From assembly GCF_006345805.1 (NCBI RefSeq), contig NC_043005.1, forward strand, positions 28,024,001 through 28,088,000: a stretch of 64,000 bases of DNA. The letters run 5' to 3'. The notes beneath the pieces are model-generated. The model ran no database searches, was not told the origin of the DNA, and saw nothing but the letters and a program-made list of their open reading frames with translations. The position numbers were made by a program, and so were the translations under genes. Positions 1-11,918 of this stretch are shown piece by piece (the first letter of the stretch is position 1; every line of letters starts with the position of its first letter). The stretch is from Octopus sinensis. Its lineage: Eukaryota.

Positions 1-169
1 ATATATTATATAGAATATCATAAAATATCAAACATTATTATTGAGTTAGAAAACAAAGAGATCTAATAGATACAAATTAATTTATTAATTAAGCAACATA
101 TTCACCAACAATTGTTTCATTTCACACACAAAATTAAAATTGCAAAACATATATAAATATATAATTTTG

Positions 170-490
170 CATGGCCCCCATGCTGGTGGCACGTAAATAG
201 CACCATCCGATCATGGCTGTTGCCAGCCTCGCCTGGCCCCCGTGCCGGTGGCACGTAAAAAGCAACATCCGACCGTGGCCGTTTGCCAGCCCTGTCTGGC
301 ACCTGTACCGGTGGCACATAAAAAGCACCCACTACACTCACGGAGTGGTTGGCGTTAGGAAGGGCATCCAGCCGTAGAAACATTGCCAGATCAGACTGGG
401 CCTGGTGCAGCCTCCTGGCTTTCCAGACCCCAGTCGAACCATCCAACTCATGCGAGCATGGAAAGCGGACGCTAAATGATGATGATGATG
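170..490 (+). mobile_element. SINE-like family A (GGCACGTAAAAAGCACC modules, RTE-type (GAT)n tail)
   Basis: Three GGCAC(G/A)TAAA..GCAC modules, then GGCGTTAGGAAGGGCATCCAG...GCATGGAAAGCGGACGCTAAA and (GAT)n; the same sequence recurs more than 10 times in the window. Confidence 0.85.
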
Positions 491-857
491 TATTGAAAAT
501 CAGCAGAGGACATGGTACTTATATATAATGAGCTTATTGTGCACAGTGCTCAGGTGTACTACAACAACACATCAGAAAAGGGTAGAAAAGATGACAAAAG
601 CCTACAGTAAATCATGTACATGCATAGTACACACAATAAAAGACAAGGAGACAGAAAAGAGGAAGGGTGGATAGGCACATCAGGAGTGGTGTAGGTGATT
701 TCAGGAAGCATGGAGTTTTTCAATGCTATATTAATGTGCTGATATCTAACAGTCAATGCAGGTGATTTATTGCATGCTTCAACAATTCCAAGCAATGTAT
801 GTATGAGAGTTGTACCAAAGGTAATGCAAAAGGAGACAGCTTTTATATTAACTGACA

Positions 858-1480
858 TTGAGCTGGAAGAACTGTTGAGATGCCGGGGAAATGCTTAGCG
901 GCATTCTGTCCGTTTTTATGATCTGAACTCAAATTCCACTGAGGTCAAGTTTGCCATTCATCCTTTTGAGGTCAATAAAATAAGTACCAGTCAAGTGCTG
1001 GGGTTGATGTCAGCTCTGGATTAACCATTAAAGAAAATAAACACATGCTTGGGGCATCAAGGGAAGGAGGGAGTACCACAGAAATGGTAAAGGGCTTACG
1101 GCACAAAAGAAATCACTTTAAACTTGCTAAAATAATATTTGGGATGTTTTTATCTCTACTAAGTGTAGATGCAGATGTGTTACTTAAGATTAATTTAGAA
1201 GATCAGATCAAAGATTTTGCAATTCAAAAAAGTAGGAAGAAACTTTTCAAATCTAAATGAAATGGAAGCATACCAAAATAAACATTATTTTCCCTCTTAC
1301 TGTTTTGTTTCGTTTTGAAAAATAAAAATTTATTTTATGGTTTGTTATTTTTTATATTTTGAATTACATAATCTTTTATGGGGGCACCAAAATCTTTTAA
1401 GTGCTTAGGGCCTTGATGGGTCTTAAGCCAGCCCTGGTTGATGTAATCAACTTCCCTCATCTCCTCAAAAACTGTTGGCC
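858..1480 (+). mobile_element. tRNA-derived SINE family C, split by a hAT insertion
   Basis: GAAATGCTTAGCGGCATT...GAACTCAAATTCC...TTTGCCATTCATCCTTTTGAGGTCAATAAAATAAGTACCAG, resuming after 1444; same family as 14716-14940. Confidence 0.8.
1011..1436 (+). mobile_element. hAT-superfamily internal-deletion derivative with transposase C-terminal remnant
   Basis: Imperfect TIRs CAGCTCTGGATTAA / TTAAGCCAGCCCTG; perfect 8-bp TSD GTTGATGT at 1003-1010 and 1437-1444; peptide LSLLSVDADVLLKINLEDQIKDFAIQKSRKKLF* resembles the hAT dimerisation-region C-terminus of ZMYM1-like transposases. Confidence 0.85.
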
Positions 1481-1606
1481 CTCAGTAAGTGACACAGGTT
1501 GTTGAAACTGCACATGTCCATAGAGTAAATCTTCATTTATGGTAACCCTGTTTTACTGTTCTTCATCATTGCAGACAAATAATGGATTCCAAGCCGAACA
1601 ACTTAC

Positions 1607-1707
1607 CATCATTGTTATGATTATTGTGGTTATTATTGTGGTTGCTGTCATTGTTACTGTACTGCTTACTACTACTACCACTAGTACTACTACTACTACT
1701 GCTGCTG

Positions 1708-1753
<46 letters not shown>

Positions 1754-1777
1754 GCACAAACACCTTGGTTGCCTCTG
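1607..1777 (-). CDS. Candidate symmetric phase-1 exon encoding a Ser/Asn/His low-complexity peptide (unverified)
   Basis: Minus-strand acceptor TCTCCCAACTGTCACTGCTTACATTGCAG|, donor ATG|GTAAGT, 171 nt, open frame EATKVFVH(S)n...NNHNND; trinucleotide repeats stay open easily by chance. Confidence 0.25.
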
Positions 1778-1980
1778 CTGCAATGTAAGCAGTGACAGTT
1801 GGGAGACAAATATGTCGATCCCTGAAGACAAGTCAACATAAACCATCACCACTTTCACTTTTGCCTCCACCACTACAAATACTACCCTCACCATCCACCA
1901 CCATCACACTCACAACTATCACCACCACCACCACTTTCACCACAACCATCACAACTGTGGTATTGGTTGAGCAGGAGCTG
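1608..1980. repeat. Compound trinucleotide low-complexity tract (TTG/CTA/CTG/CCA)
   Basis: Direct reading; near-pure (CTG)n at about 1712-1751. Confidence 0.9.
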
Positions 1981-2329
1981 TGATTATTTGGTGTGACTAT
2001 GTGCTGCTCCCAAATAAACCAATCACAATATTTAGATTTTATAAACATGTTTGTTTACAGATTGATGCTACAGCTGTTACTTAACATAAAGCTGTTAAGC
2101 TGAATTGCAATAGTTAGTGTGCAAGAATGCATGCTTGGTTAGAGGGCATCTTTTTACACAAGGTTGAAGCAACACAGCGGCCAGCTAACCAAGAGAATCT
2201 CTATGGGTCCTCTTGCTCCTCTAGTTCTTCTGCCTTGTATTTCCTGCGCAACTCAATTTATAACCATCATTTGGTATGAAATTATGTGGAATTTTCCATT
2301 AATCTTGTCACCATACTAGAGGCTAGAGG

Positions 2330-2960
2330 AGAAGGGTGTGTAGAGGAGAAGGGTGTGTGCATGTGTGTTGTCTGTTTATGTGTGAATATTGTGTGTGTTT
2401 ATGCATGTGTGTGTATGTGAACGAGTGTGTGTTTCCCTGTTATCCAGTCAGTGTGTGTGTGTATGGGGCTGTTAGATAAAGTGTGTGTGTGTATATTGAG
2501 TTGGCATGTATGTGTATATTCTGTGTTTGTGTGTATGTGTGTGAGTGTGAGGCAATGTGGTGTATGTGTGTGTTGTGGGAGGATGTATTGAGCTGTGGGG
2601 TGGAATAGGAGTGATGGGAGGTAGGGGTTGGGAGGTGTGTGTGGAGTTGGAAGGTTTGGGTGTAGGTGTTTGTATATGCTATGGGGACATAATGCTGTGT
2701 GTGGTATGGGTTCTGAGTTTAATGGTGTAGAGAGGGTGTGTGCAGCTAGAGGAGAAGGGTGTGTGGGGCTGGAGGAGAAGGGGCAGTGGAAGTGGGAGGT
2801 GTGGGTAGGTTTAGCAGAATAGAGAGGATGAATTGAAACCATGAGGAACAGAGGAATGAAGAGAGAAAATAAATTCCTGTTCTCAATGGAGGTGAGAGTC
2901 TGGGTGGCCTCTGTGCAAGGACAGTACAAATGCAGACAGATGTTGTAGTGAGTGTGTGTG
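2330..2960. repeat. Degenerate GT/GA-rich low-complexity tract
   Basis: (TG)n-derived sequence with repeated TAGAGGAGAAGGGTGTG. Confidence 0.8.
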
Positions 2961-3658
2961 TATATTGTATATGTACTGTGTATTTGTTTCTTTTTGTATC
3001 TGATATTTGTTATGTAGCTTCTATAAGAATGAAGCTGTACACCTTAATTTGTTATTTCAATATATGAAGACTGTTGTAAAGGTGTTCCTCCCACTGGTAT
3101 GATGTGTGACTGCCATTGTACTGTAGTTGCTGTTTTACACTAGTAGCCACAATAGTTGCTCGTCATCAGATACTGTTGTATCTCTTTGTACCTGGATAGT
3201 AACACACTAACTTTTTCTGTCTTACTATCCCTGATAGCTCCACAAGACACTGACTAAAACTGTCGACTTTCAACTCGTCAACTCTCAACCCAGCTCTTGA
3301 TGACCATGGTATTTATAATGGCTGATTCCTACCACTTTTTAGTGAGAGTGCTATACAGTTTCACTATACAACAAAGACCAAGAAGACAACTTGCAAAACA
3401 TAGTTTATTTTAATGTGATACCTCTTGAAATCCCCTGAGAAGACACAGCTACACTGAGGGAAACACCTAAACACCTAAACACATACATACACTCATTCAT
3501 ATAAGCAAACTCACACACACACAATCATATAAGGGAACACACACATGTTCAGTATTCCGCCTGCGAAAGATTGATGCTAAATGGGTTGAAACAGTTGTAG
3601 TGATCAATAAAGATTCTTGTATCTTCCATCTTCTATTTCTCTCATTAATCAAATATAT

Positions 3659-4075
3659 ATAGGCGCAGGAGTGGGTGTGGTAAGTAGCTTGCTTACCAAC
3701 CACATGGTCTTAGATTCAGTCCCACTGCATGGAACCTTGTGCAAGTGTCTTCTACTATAGCCTCAAGCTGACCAAAGCCTTGTGAGTGGATTTGGTAGAT
3801 GGAAACTGAAAGAAGCCCATCGTGTATGTGTATATGTATATATATATGTATATATATGTATGTGTGTGTGTATGTTTGTGTATCTGTATTTGTCCCCCCA
3901 CCATTGCTTGACAACGGATGCCGGTGTGTTTACATCCCCATCACTTAGCGGTTTGGCAAAAGACACAGATAGAATAAGTACTAGCTTACAAAGAATAAGC
4001 TCTGGGTCGATTTGCTTGACTAAAGGTGGTGCTCCAGCATGGCTGCAGTCAAATGACAGAAGCAAATAAAAAAAT
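3659..4075 (+). mobile_element. tRNA-derived SINE family B (CORE-like motif, internal microsatellite), full length
   Basis: Head GTGTGGTAAGTAGCTTGCTTACCAACCACATGG...TTCAGTCCC; ACCTTG(T/G)GCAAGTG resembles the MIR/CORE motif; internal (TA/TG)n; tail GCTCCAGCATGGCTGCAGTCAAATGAC.GAA.CAA. Confidence 0.85.
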
Positions 4076-4080
4076 ATAAA

Positions 4081-4238
4081 TATATATATTCACACACACA
4101 CACATGCACACTCACACATGCACACACACTCACACAAACATATATAACCACATTATATATGTATGTGTTTATATATGCATGTATATATATGTACTTTCAT
4201 GTATACATGTGTTTATATATATGCATGTGTGTGTATAT

Positions 4239-4298
<60 letters not shown>

Positions 4299-4330
4299 TA
4301 TATACACACATGCATGTGTGTGTGTGTGTG
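4081..4330. repeat. Compound (CA)n/(TA)n/(TG)n microsatellite
   Basis: Direct reading. Confidence 0.95.
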
Positions 4331-4390
4331 TTTTCATCAGTTTCTTATTTTAAAACCCATCTTTCTCTGAGAAGAAATTATTATTCTGCA

Positions 4391-4630
4391 TGTATATTTG
4401 ACCAATTACTCCACTGTCCACTCTGTTATCTTAGAAGTTATTGAAGTTGGTCAATCAAATATATTTGTCCAGTGTGATTACTTGGTCAATTACCTCAGTA
4501 TCTACTCTGTTATCTCGTAGACTATTGAGACTGGTCAGTCAAATATATATTTGTTCAGTGTATTTGATCAATTAATTCAGTGTCCACTCTTTTATCTTAG
4601 AAACTGCTGAGATTCATTCAGCAGTCAAAT
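4391..4630 (+). repeat. Degenerate tandem repeat, about 85-bp unit x3
   Basis: Recurring TATTTGACCAATTA..CAGTGTCCACTCTGTTATCTTAGAA...GGTCA.TCAAATATATTTGT. Confidence 0.75.
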
Positions 4631-5562
4631 AATTCTCTTTTTTTTTTTTTCAATTGTTGTGGAGTAAAATAAACATGTTTTTGCTATATTTTTTAATGTT
4701 GTTCTTCAACATTCTACTCTTTTCCTGACTAAATCATCTCCATGTTTACTACATGTTCCAGTTTATTTATTTAACAGGTCACATGCCAAGGTAGAATATT
4801 GGTTATACAGTAAACAAAATATAAAAATATATTCATACATGCAAGAGCATTTTATTCAGATGTTGATAGTAAAAGTAGTTAGCATTAGTTGTAGTTGTAA
4901 GCAATGACAGCTATAATGGTTAGCAATGACAGTTATAATGGCTATAATAATTCATACTAATGGCTATGATAGTATTGTTAGCTACTGCAAATTGTATTAA
5001 GTAGATGGGTGGGTTATAATAGTATTGGTTGCTATAACAATTATTGATGGTTATATTATTTAGTGATAGTAGGTGAACTGTCAATCTTCCTCAAAAAATT
5101 CTTTCCCAGGTCTGCATATATATATGTGCAGGGGCATTGATTGATTACTTTGACCAATGGAGACACTGTATGCACACATGTAATCATGTATGTATCTATG
5201 CATGCATTTAGGTATGTATGTGTGTATGTGTGTGTGTGTGTGCTTTCCCTTAGGTTTATTTAAGTTCTCTTTCATGTCAGTCGCTAACAAATTGACAAAA
5301 CCCGTTTTTTAGTTAAGGCACTTGAATTAGTATGTGTATATATGTGGGTATATGCACCTGTACTTATGTTCTGTACAAACATGTCTCTTTTGTAATTATG
5401 CATGTGTGTGTGTGTGTGTATGTGTGTGTGAGTGAGTGAGTAGTGTGTATACATCATTATTCTTTTTACATATTTCTTTGTAGATGCACGCAGCCAAATA
5501 TGTGATATGTGCTTACATTCATTTAAAGAATCGCAAATGGAAAATGTTGTATGTATGTATTT

Positions 5563-5860
5563 ATCATCATCATCATCATCATCGTCATCATCATCATTTA
5601 GCATCTGTTTTCCATGCTGGCAGGAGTTGGATGGTCTGACAGGTGCTGGCGAGCCAGAGGACTGTACCAAGCTCCACTGTCTGTTTTGGCTTGATTTTTA
5701 CTGCTGGATGCCCTTCCTAATGCCAACCACTTTACCGAGTAGACTGCATGCTTTTTACACAGCACCAGCACTGGGCGAGGTCAGATTTGACATGGTTTTT
5801 ACTGCAAAGCAAACCATACCATAAAAACCATGCCAAAGCAGACCTCACCAGTGCTGGTGC
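5563..5860 (-). mobile_element. SINE-like family A
   Basis: (TCA)n tail, TTTCCATGCTGGCA, CTGGATGCCCTTCCTAATGCCAACCAC. Confidence 0.8.
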
Positions 5861-6149
5861 TTCATATATATAGGTTTTGAAGATATTCTTTGTGAATATT
5901 CTTTCTCATTGATTTTTAAAGAAATATATACATCTGCAGGTCAGCTGATCTCTTGTACCTACAAACATATATGCATATGTATGCACATACATACATCCCG
6001 ATGTATGTACATACAATTTCAGAAATCATCTGGCCTTCAGATATGAATATTTCTTTTAAAAATCAGTGACAAAGAGAATATTTAAAGCACAAACTTTAAA
6101 ACCGATAGCTTCTCTTTTTAGATACTAAATTTACATTTATATGTTCATT

Positions 6150-6328
6150 ATTTACAATGGAAGGATAGGTGTCCTCATCTTGTTTGCTGTTACCACAACA
6201 TTTCAGCTGATGTACTCTCTGGTGGAATTTCAATCCCCAACCCTTCATTTGACTAAAGGGGTACTCTGTTCTCATTCCTAAGGTGTTCTTTTTTGCTGAT
6301 GTTATTTTTTCTTATTTTCTGTTGATAT
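6150..6328 (-). mobile_element. H1 element tail (diverged subfamily), hammerhead CUGAUGA segment deleted
   Basis: Reverse complement matches 6800-7010 but lacks AACACCTGATGAAGGCCGG. Confidence 0.75.
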
Positions 6329-6714
6329 TCATCATCATTATCGTCATTGTTGTTTAAAGTCCATTTTCCATGCTGGCATGAGTTGGACGGTTTGACTGAG
6401 GAATTGTGAGCTAGAAGGCTGCACCAGGCTCAATCTGATCTGGCAAAGTTTCTACAGCTGGATACCCTTCCTAACGCCAACCACTCCAAGAGTGTAGTGA
6501 GTGTTTTTTACTTGCCACCAGTACGAAGGCCAGTCAGGTGGCTCTGGCAACGATCACACTCAAAAGGTGTTTTTTTACATGCTACCTGCATGGGAGCCAG
6601 TCCGGCAGCACTGGCAACGACTACGCTCAAAAGGTGTTTTTCACATACCACCAGCACATATGTTGGTAAGGCAACACTGGCAACGATCATGCTTGAATGG
6701 TGCTTTTTACATTT
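6329..6714 (-). mobile_element. SINE-like family A nested in H1
   Basis: (TCA)n tail, GATACCCTTCCTAACGCCAACC, four GTG.TTTTTAC modules. Confidence 0.85.
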
Positions 6715-6715
6715 C

Positions 6716-7045
6716 CCAGAATCCGAGGATTAGTAGCCCATGCTCTTAGCCACTACACTATATGCCTGTAGGATTCTGAGTTCAATCCCAGGCAGGGACT
6801 CAGGAAATAATATCAACAGGAAAAAAATAACATGAGCAAAAAAGAACACCTTAGGAATGAGAACAGAGTACCCCATTAGTCAAATAAAGGGTTGGGGATT
6901 GAAATTCCACCAGAACACCTGATGAAGGCCGGAGAGTAAATCAGTCAAAACATTGTGGAAACAACAAAAAAGGTGAGTGAGGACTCCTATCCATCCATTG
7001 TGAATAATGTACATAATTCCTCATCTCAAAAATATAGATTAGCAT
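6716..7045 (+). mobile_element. H1 element with inverted 5' half of the tRNA head; decayed hammerhead at 6914-6957
   Basis: 6716-6768 reads as a tRNA head on the minus strand; the plus strand resumes GGATTCTGAGTTCAATCCCAGGCAG; GAACAC CTGATGA AGGCCG..TCAGTC AAAAC ATT GTGG. Confidence 0.75.
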
Positions 7046-7050
7046 TTATA

Positions 7051-7377
7051 CGTGTTGGTGGCACGTAAAAATCACCATCCGACTGTTGACGATGCCAGTT
7101 CCTCTGGCCCACCATCTGAACGTGGCTGATGCCAGTGCTGCTTTGACTGGCTTCTGTGCCAGTGGCACATAAAAAGCACCATCCGATCGTGGTCGATTCC
7201 AGCTCCTCTGGGTCCTGTGCTGGTGGCACATAAAAAGCACCCACTACACTCTCAGAGTGGTTGTTATTAGGAAGGGCATCCAGCTGTAGAAACACTGCCA
7301 GATAAGATTGGGTCCTGGTGCAGCCTCCTGGTTTCCCAGACCCCAGTCGAACCGTCCATGGAAAACGATGATGATGT
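7051..7377 (+). mobile_element. SINE-like family A
   Basis: GGCACGTAAAAATCACC modules, TAGGAAGGGCATCCAGCTGTAGAAAC, (GAT)n tail. Confidence 0.85.
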
Positions 7378-7847
7378 TGTTGTACAAGGGTGTGTTAATA
7401 AATATAATGCCAAAAAGCTAGGGTTTTCAAGCAAAAACTCTGACCAGCTAACTAGCACTTCGCAAATACAATCTGCCAGCAAAATGGTAAAAATTTCTTA
7501 AGTTCAAAATGTAAATCTTCAGTATTGTTATTATAAGAATTTAAGTAACAGAGTTTTGTTTCAAAGTAAGAAACCACATCATGCTGCATTGGAAGTTAGA
7601 ACCTTATGGCATTGTTTGGCAGCTGCTGATCACAAGTAATATCTTACACAGGAATGTGACATAATGGGAAATTCTTGGCCACATCTGGGATACTGAATGA
7701 TTTCAAAGTCTTCCTTTTTTTTTTGTTGATATAAGGAAGACATCATGATGATGATGATGATGATGAATTGCGGAAATCAAGGGAACATATTAAAGGTCTT
7801 TACATGGAGAGACTTAAGGTTAAAAGAGTGGAAGAGAAAGAGGGGGA

Positions 7848-7854
<7 letters not shown>

Positions 7855-7887
<33 letters not shown>

Positions 7888-8345
7888 AAAAGGTTTATAG
7901 AAAATATACAAAATAAATGAGAGCAGAACAGTTGTGTGAGAGAGGAGAAATGTTACAATAACAGAAGAGTAATGTGTGTGTGTGTGTGTGTGTGTGTTGA
8001 TAAATAGAGGTAGATATAGACAGACAGACATATGATGGATGGATATACAATGAAAGAGTGAGTGAGAGAAAATCAGAGGGAGAGAGAGGGAAAGAGAGAG
8101 ACATAGGCAGACAGAGAAGGGGTGAAGTAAAGAGGCAGATAAGAAAAGCAGAAGATGAGGGAGAGATAAACAGTGAAAAATGTCAGACAAACAGACAGAT
8201 ACAAAAATACAAGATGAGAGATGAAAAAGAATGAGAAAGACAGAAGAAAATGGAGAATGCATGTTGTAAAGGAATGTGAAGAATTAGAAGAATGACTCTG
8301 GAAGTGAGAACAATTGTCGTCTTTAAACTGAAGACTTTTCTTCAA
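7855..8345. repeat. GA-rich and (TG)n low-complexity tract
   Basis: Direct reading. Confidence 0.8.
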
Positions 8346-8446
8346 TGATGACCAAGTCTGTTAATAATGAGGTTTTGCTGGAAATGTAATGGAGCAAAGT
8401 GTCACTAATTTGGTGCACACTAAAGCACTTTAACCTCACATGTTCA

Positions 8447-8836
8447 CACATGCACACACACACACACACACACACCTACACCTACACAAGCACACCTACA
8501 CCTATACACACACACACCTATACACACACACCTATACACACACACCTATACACACACACTTATACACACACACCTACACACTCATCTACATACACACCTA
8601 CACACACACACACCTATACACACACACCTATACACACACACCTACACACACACCTACACACACACCTACACACACACACACCTACACACATACACACTCA
8701 TACACACACACCTACATACACACCTACACCTACACACACACACCTTCACACACACAAACACACACACTTACACACACACGCACACTCACACACACACGCA
8801 CACACACGCACACACACACAAACACACACACACACA
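8447..8836. repeat. (CA)n microsatellite with recurrent CCTA/CCTATA interruptions
   Basis: Direct reading. Confidence 0.95.
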
Positions 8837-8931
8837 GAAAAATACAGTAGATTCTGCTTAATTTCGTTACCTCAGTTATTGAGATTCATATGCAATTAAC
8901 TGAATTTGCATAATAAATAATAAATAACAAG

Positions 8932-9050
8932 ATACATTATTTACATTATTTACATTTGACGGATATTTGTCCTCATCTTGTTTGTTGTTAACACAACGTT
9001 TTGGCTGATATGTCCTCCAGCCTTCATCAGGTGTCTTGGAGAAATTTTGA
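8932..9050 (-). mobile_element. H1 3' tail
   Basis: Reverse complement matches 13770-13885. Confidence 0.85.
8990..9035 (-). ncRNA. Minimal hammerhead ribozyme motif, family H1 (G12->A)
   Basis: GACAC CTGATGA A GGCTG GAGGACATAT CAGCC AAA ACGT T GTGTT: stem I GACAC/GTGTT, stem II GGCTG/CAGCC, palindromic ACGT. Confidence 0.7.
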
Positions 9051-9060
9051 ATGATGATGA

Positions 9061-9102
<42 letters not shown>

Positions 9103-9388
9103 CATATGCACTTTTAATTCTTTTCCTTTTTCATTTCCTCCCAATACATTCATAACAACAAGGTCTGATAGACGCACAATGTAATAACATGACTTTGATG
9201 CAAGTCTGAGGAAGTGCCTTGCCAATGCTCAAAACCACATACATCACATAATTTTTCTTTTAGAATTTTCGCATAAACTGGCTTTGCAAATGAAGATGGT
9301 ACAGAAAGATGTGTAACTTATAATTAAAGATATGTTAAATAATTTTCTTTGTCTTCTTTTCATTGGTGTATATATATATATATATATA

Positions 9389-9580
9389 GTGAGAATTCAC
9401 AAAAAAACAAAAGACAAAGACGGGTGTGTAAACAACAAACAGATACGTTAGTTCAATGCTCAGGAAGTGAGAAAGTCTTTTACATTTCAAGCTTATGCAC
9501 TTCGACAGAAAGGAACACAGAAATAAACTGGCAGAGAAAATAGAAAAAGGCTTAGTGGCTAACGATCTATCATGGCGAAT
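9389..9580 (-). mobile_element. H2 mini-element between (TA)n tracts; hammerhead-like motif at 9476-9513
   Basis: CTTT CTGTCGA A GTGC ATAA GCTT GAA ATGT A AAAG; homologous to 15613-15808. Confidence 0.7.
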
Positions 9581-9630
9581 ATATATATGGGCTTTCTTAC
9601 AGTTTCTGTTTACTAAATATATGTGCATGA

Positions 9631-9673
<43 letters not shown>

Positions 9674-10189
9674 TCTCTTTGTCTTGACATTGTGTGATAG
9701 CTGTAAATGAGTGCCACAGTTACACAGCAGTGCCCTTTGTTTCCCATCTTGCATGAAAACATGCCTGGCCATGGGGAAATATTACCGTTACTTGGAAACA
9801 GGAAGGACATCCAGCTGTAGAAAATCTGCCTCAACAAATTTCATCCAATCTATGCAAGCATGGAAAAGTGGACGTTAAAATGATGACAAAGTGATGATGA
9901 ATGCCTAAGTGTACTTACAGCCACAAGAATGGTAAGGGTTATAGTTTCATGTTTTTCCTTCGTATTTTTTTTTTTTGTTATCACCATCCTTATCGACAAA
10001 ACAAAACAAAAAACATCAACCCTTGTAAACAGATCTATAAAAGACCCTAATCCTTGGAACTGCTGAGTCATCATGGCAATCAACAATGGGATCAATGACC
10101 TGTTCCAATAACATTCTTCCTTTTTTGTCCATTGTCAATAGTATTTTTCTGAGTAGTCCCTTATCTTAGATTATACACCATACAAAGGC

Positions 10190-10400
10190 AGTGAGCTGGC
10201 AGAACCATTAGTATTCCTGACAAAATGCTCTGTAGCATGTCTTCTGGTTTTATATTCTGAACTCAAATTCCAACAAGGTCAGTTTTGCTTTTTATCCTTT
10301 CGAGGCCAATAAAATAAGTGCCAGTTGAGCACTAGGATGGATGTAATTAAGTAGTGTCTTCCTCCAAGACTTCCTTCCTCATGCCTAAAGCAGAAAGAAA
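10190..10400 (+). mobile_element. SINE family C
   Basis: GTGAGCTGGCAGAACC...GAACTCAAATTCC...TTTATCCTTTCGAGGCCAATAAAATAAGTGCCAG. Confidence 0.75.
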
Positions 10401-11219
10401 ATATTACACACCATATCGATATGAGCTTTGATCCAATCAGTGCAAGTGGACCAACCAAATGCAAGCATGGAAAAGTGCATGTTATGGTGGTGGTGGTGGT
10501 GGTGATGATGTTGAGGATGAGCTAGGTGACACAACAGGGTTGTGTATGGAGAATGTCAGGGAGAAACATGGAGAGAGGTAAGAAAATTATGCGATAAGAG
10601 AATAAAAAATACAAATTTGATGCTGCTTTACTCAATGAGCATCCGATAACTGTTTGAAAGATTCTGTGAAAGTGAAAAAAAAATTGTTTTTATTGTAATT
10701 TGATACAATTATTGTGTAAAATATATGAAAAGGTCAACTTGAGTTTACAATAGCATCAACTACAATAAAAGGAATGACAACAACAATAACTGCAATAATA
10801 GGAAGGAGAATAACATCAAAAATAATGGCAGCAATAACAACAACAACAATGAAAGGAAAGCAAGTGCAACAGAAAGAATAAGGAAAAAGTAACAAGGAGA
10901 AGATTAAAGATTTGAATTGAATAAAGAGTGAATAGTGATATGGGTAGGGAGACAGTGGGGAGAGAGAGAAGTGGAGGGGAAAGGGTAGAAGGAGGAGGAG
11001 GAGGAAAAGAAGGGAAGGAGGAGGAGGAGAAGGAGAAGAAGAAGAAGAAGAAGAAGAAGAAGAAGGAGAAGAAGAAGAAGAATGAGGAGGAGGAGACAAC
11101 AACAACTAGTAACAATTACTATAAAACCAAAGAGAAAGGAGCTAAAAAGTGAAGAAAAGTATTAATAGGAGGAAGAAATTGGAGGGATTGCATACACACG
11201 CACACGCACACGCTATCCC

Positions 11220-11520
11220 CCTCATCATCATCATCACCATCATCCTCTTCATTTAATGTCTATGTTTCATGCTAGCATGGCTTGGATGACTTGAAAGGAT
11301 CCAATGTACCCAAAGTCTGCATTGTGCTCCAGTGTCTGCTTTGGCATGGTTTCTACAGCTGGACGCCTTTCCTAATGCCAACCAGATTACAGCATGAATA
11401 GGGTACCTTTATTTTTTTTGTGTGTGGTGGGGTGCCACCTGCAGTATTGAGGCTGCCATGCAGCTTGCAAGACTACAACCCTAAGGGAGCAACTTTATGC
11501 TAGGAGATGAGGGGTAAAAG
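11220..11520 (-). mobile_element. SINE-like family A (degenerate)
   Basis: (TCA)n, CATGCTAGCATGG, CTACAGCTGGACGCCTTTCCTAATGCCAACC. Confidence 0.75.
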
Positions 11521-11660
11521 TACTAGACATACGTTATTGTACATAACAAATTTTTATTCAGCTCAACAGCTAATTGCAGCATCAGTGACTTTGCAACTAC
11601 TGTTTTTCTACATCAGTAACGATAGATTTTATCTTAGCATGCAGTTGCCAGTTGATTTTT

Positions 11661-11701
11661 ACTACTGATGAAGCCCAAAGAGGTAGAAATGCACATCTAG
11701 C
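11661..11701 (+). ncRNA. Decayed minimal hammerhead motif (H6)
   Basis: ACTA CTGATGA A GCC CAAAGA GGT A GAA ATGCACAT C TAGC; reads as a CpG-decayed GAAACGCGCGTC TAG. Confidence 0.45.
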
Positions 11702-11918
11702 AATACTACTGGACAATTTTCATCTGCTACAAACATACATACATATATATATTTTTTAACACTATGTCTATAAGAGATATTATTTCAGGATGAATATTGC
11801 AGAAATTTCGTTTCCCATGACCTATCTGCATTTAGTATAATAATCGCATTGCTATTTTAAACTAACACTACTTCTGTTGCACATAACAAATATTATGAGT
11901 GTGCATGTATATATATAT

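Noticed and set aside
1045-1260. 71-aa ORF as a gene
   Set aside because: It spans the deletion junction of a hAT derivative; only the C-terminal part is transposase-like.
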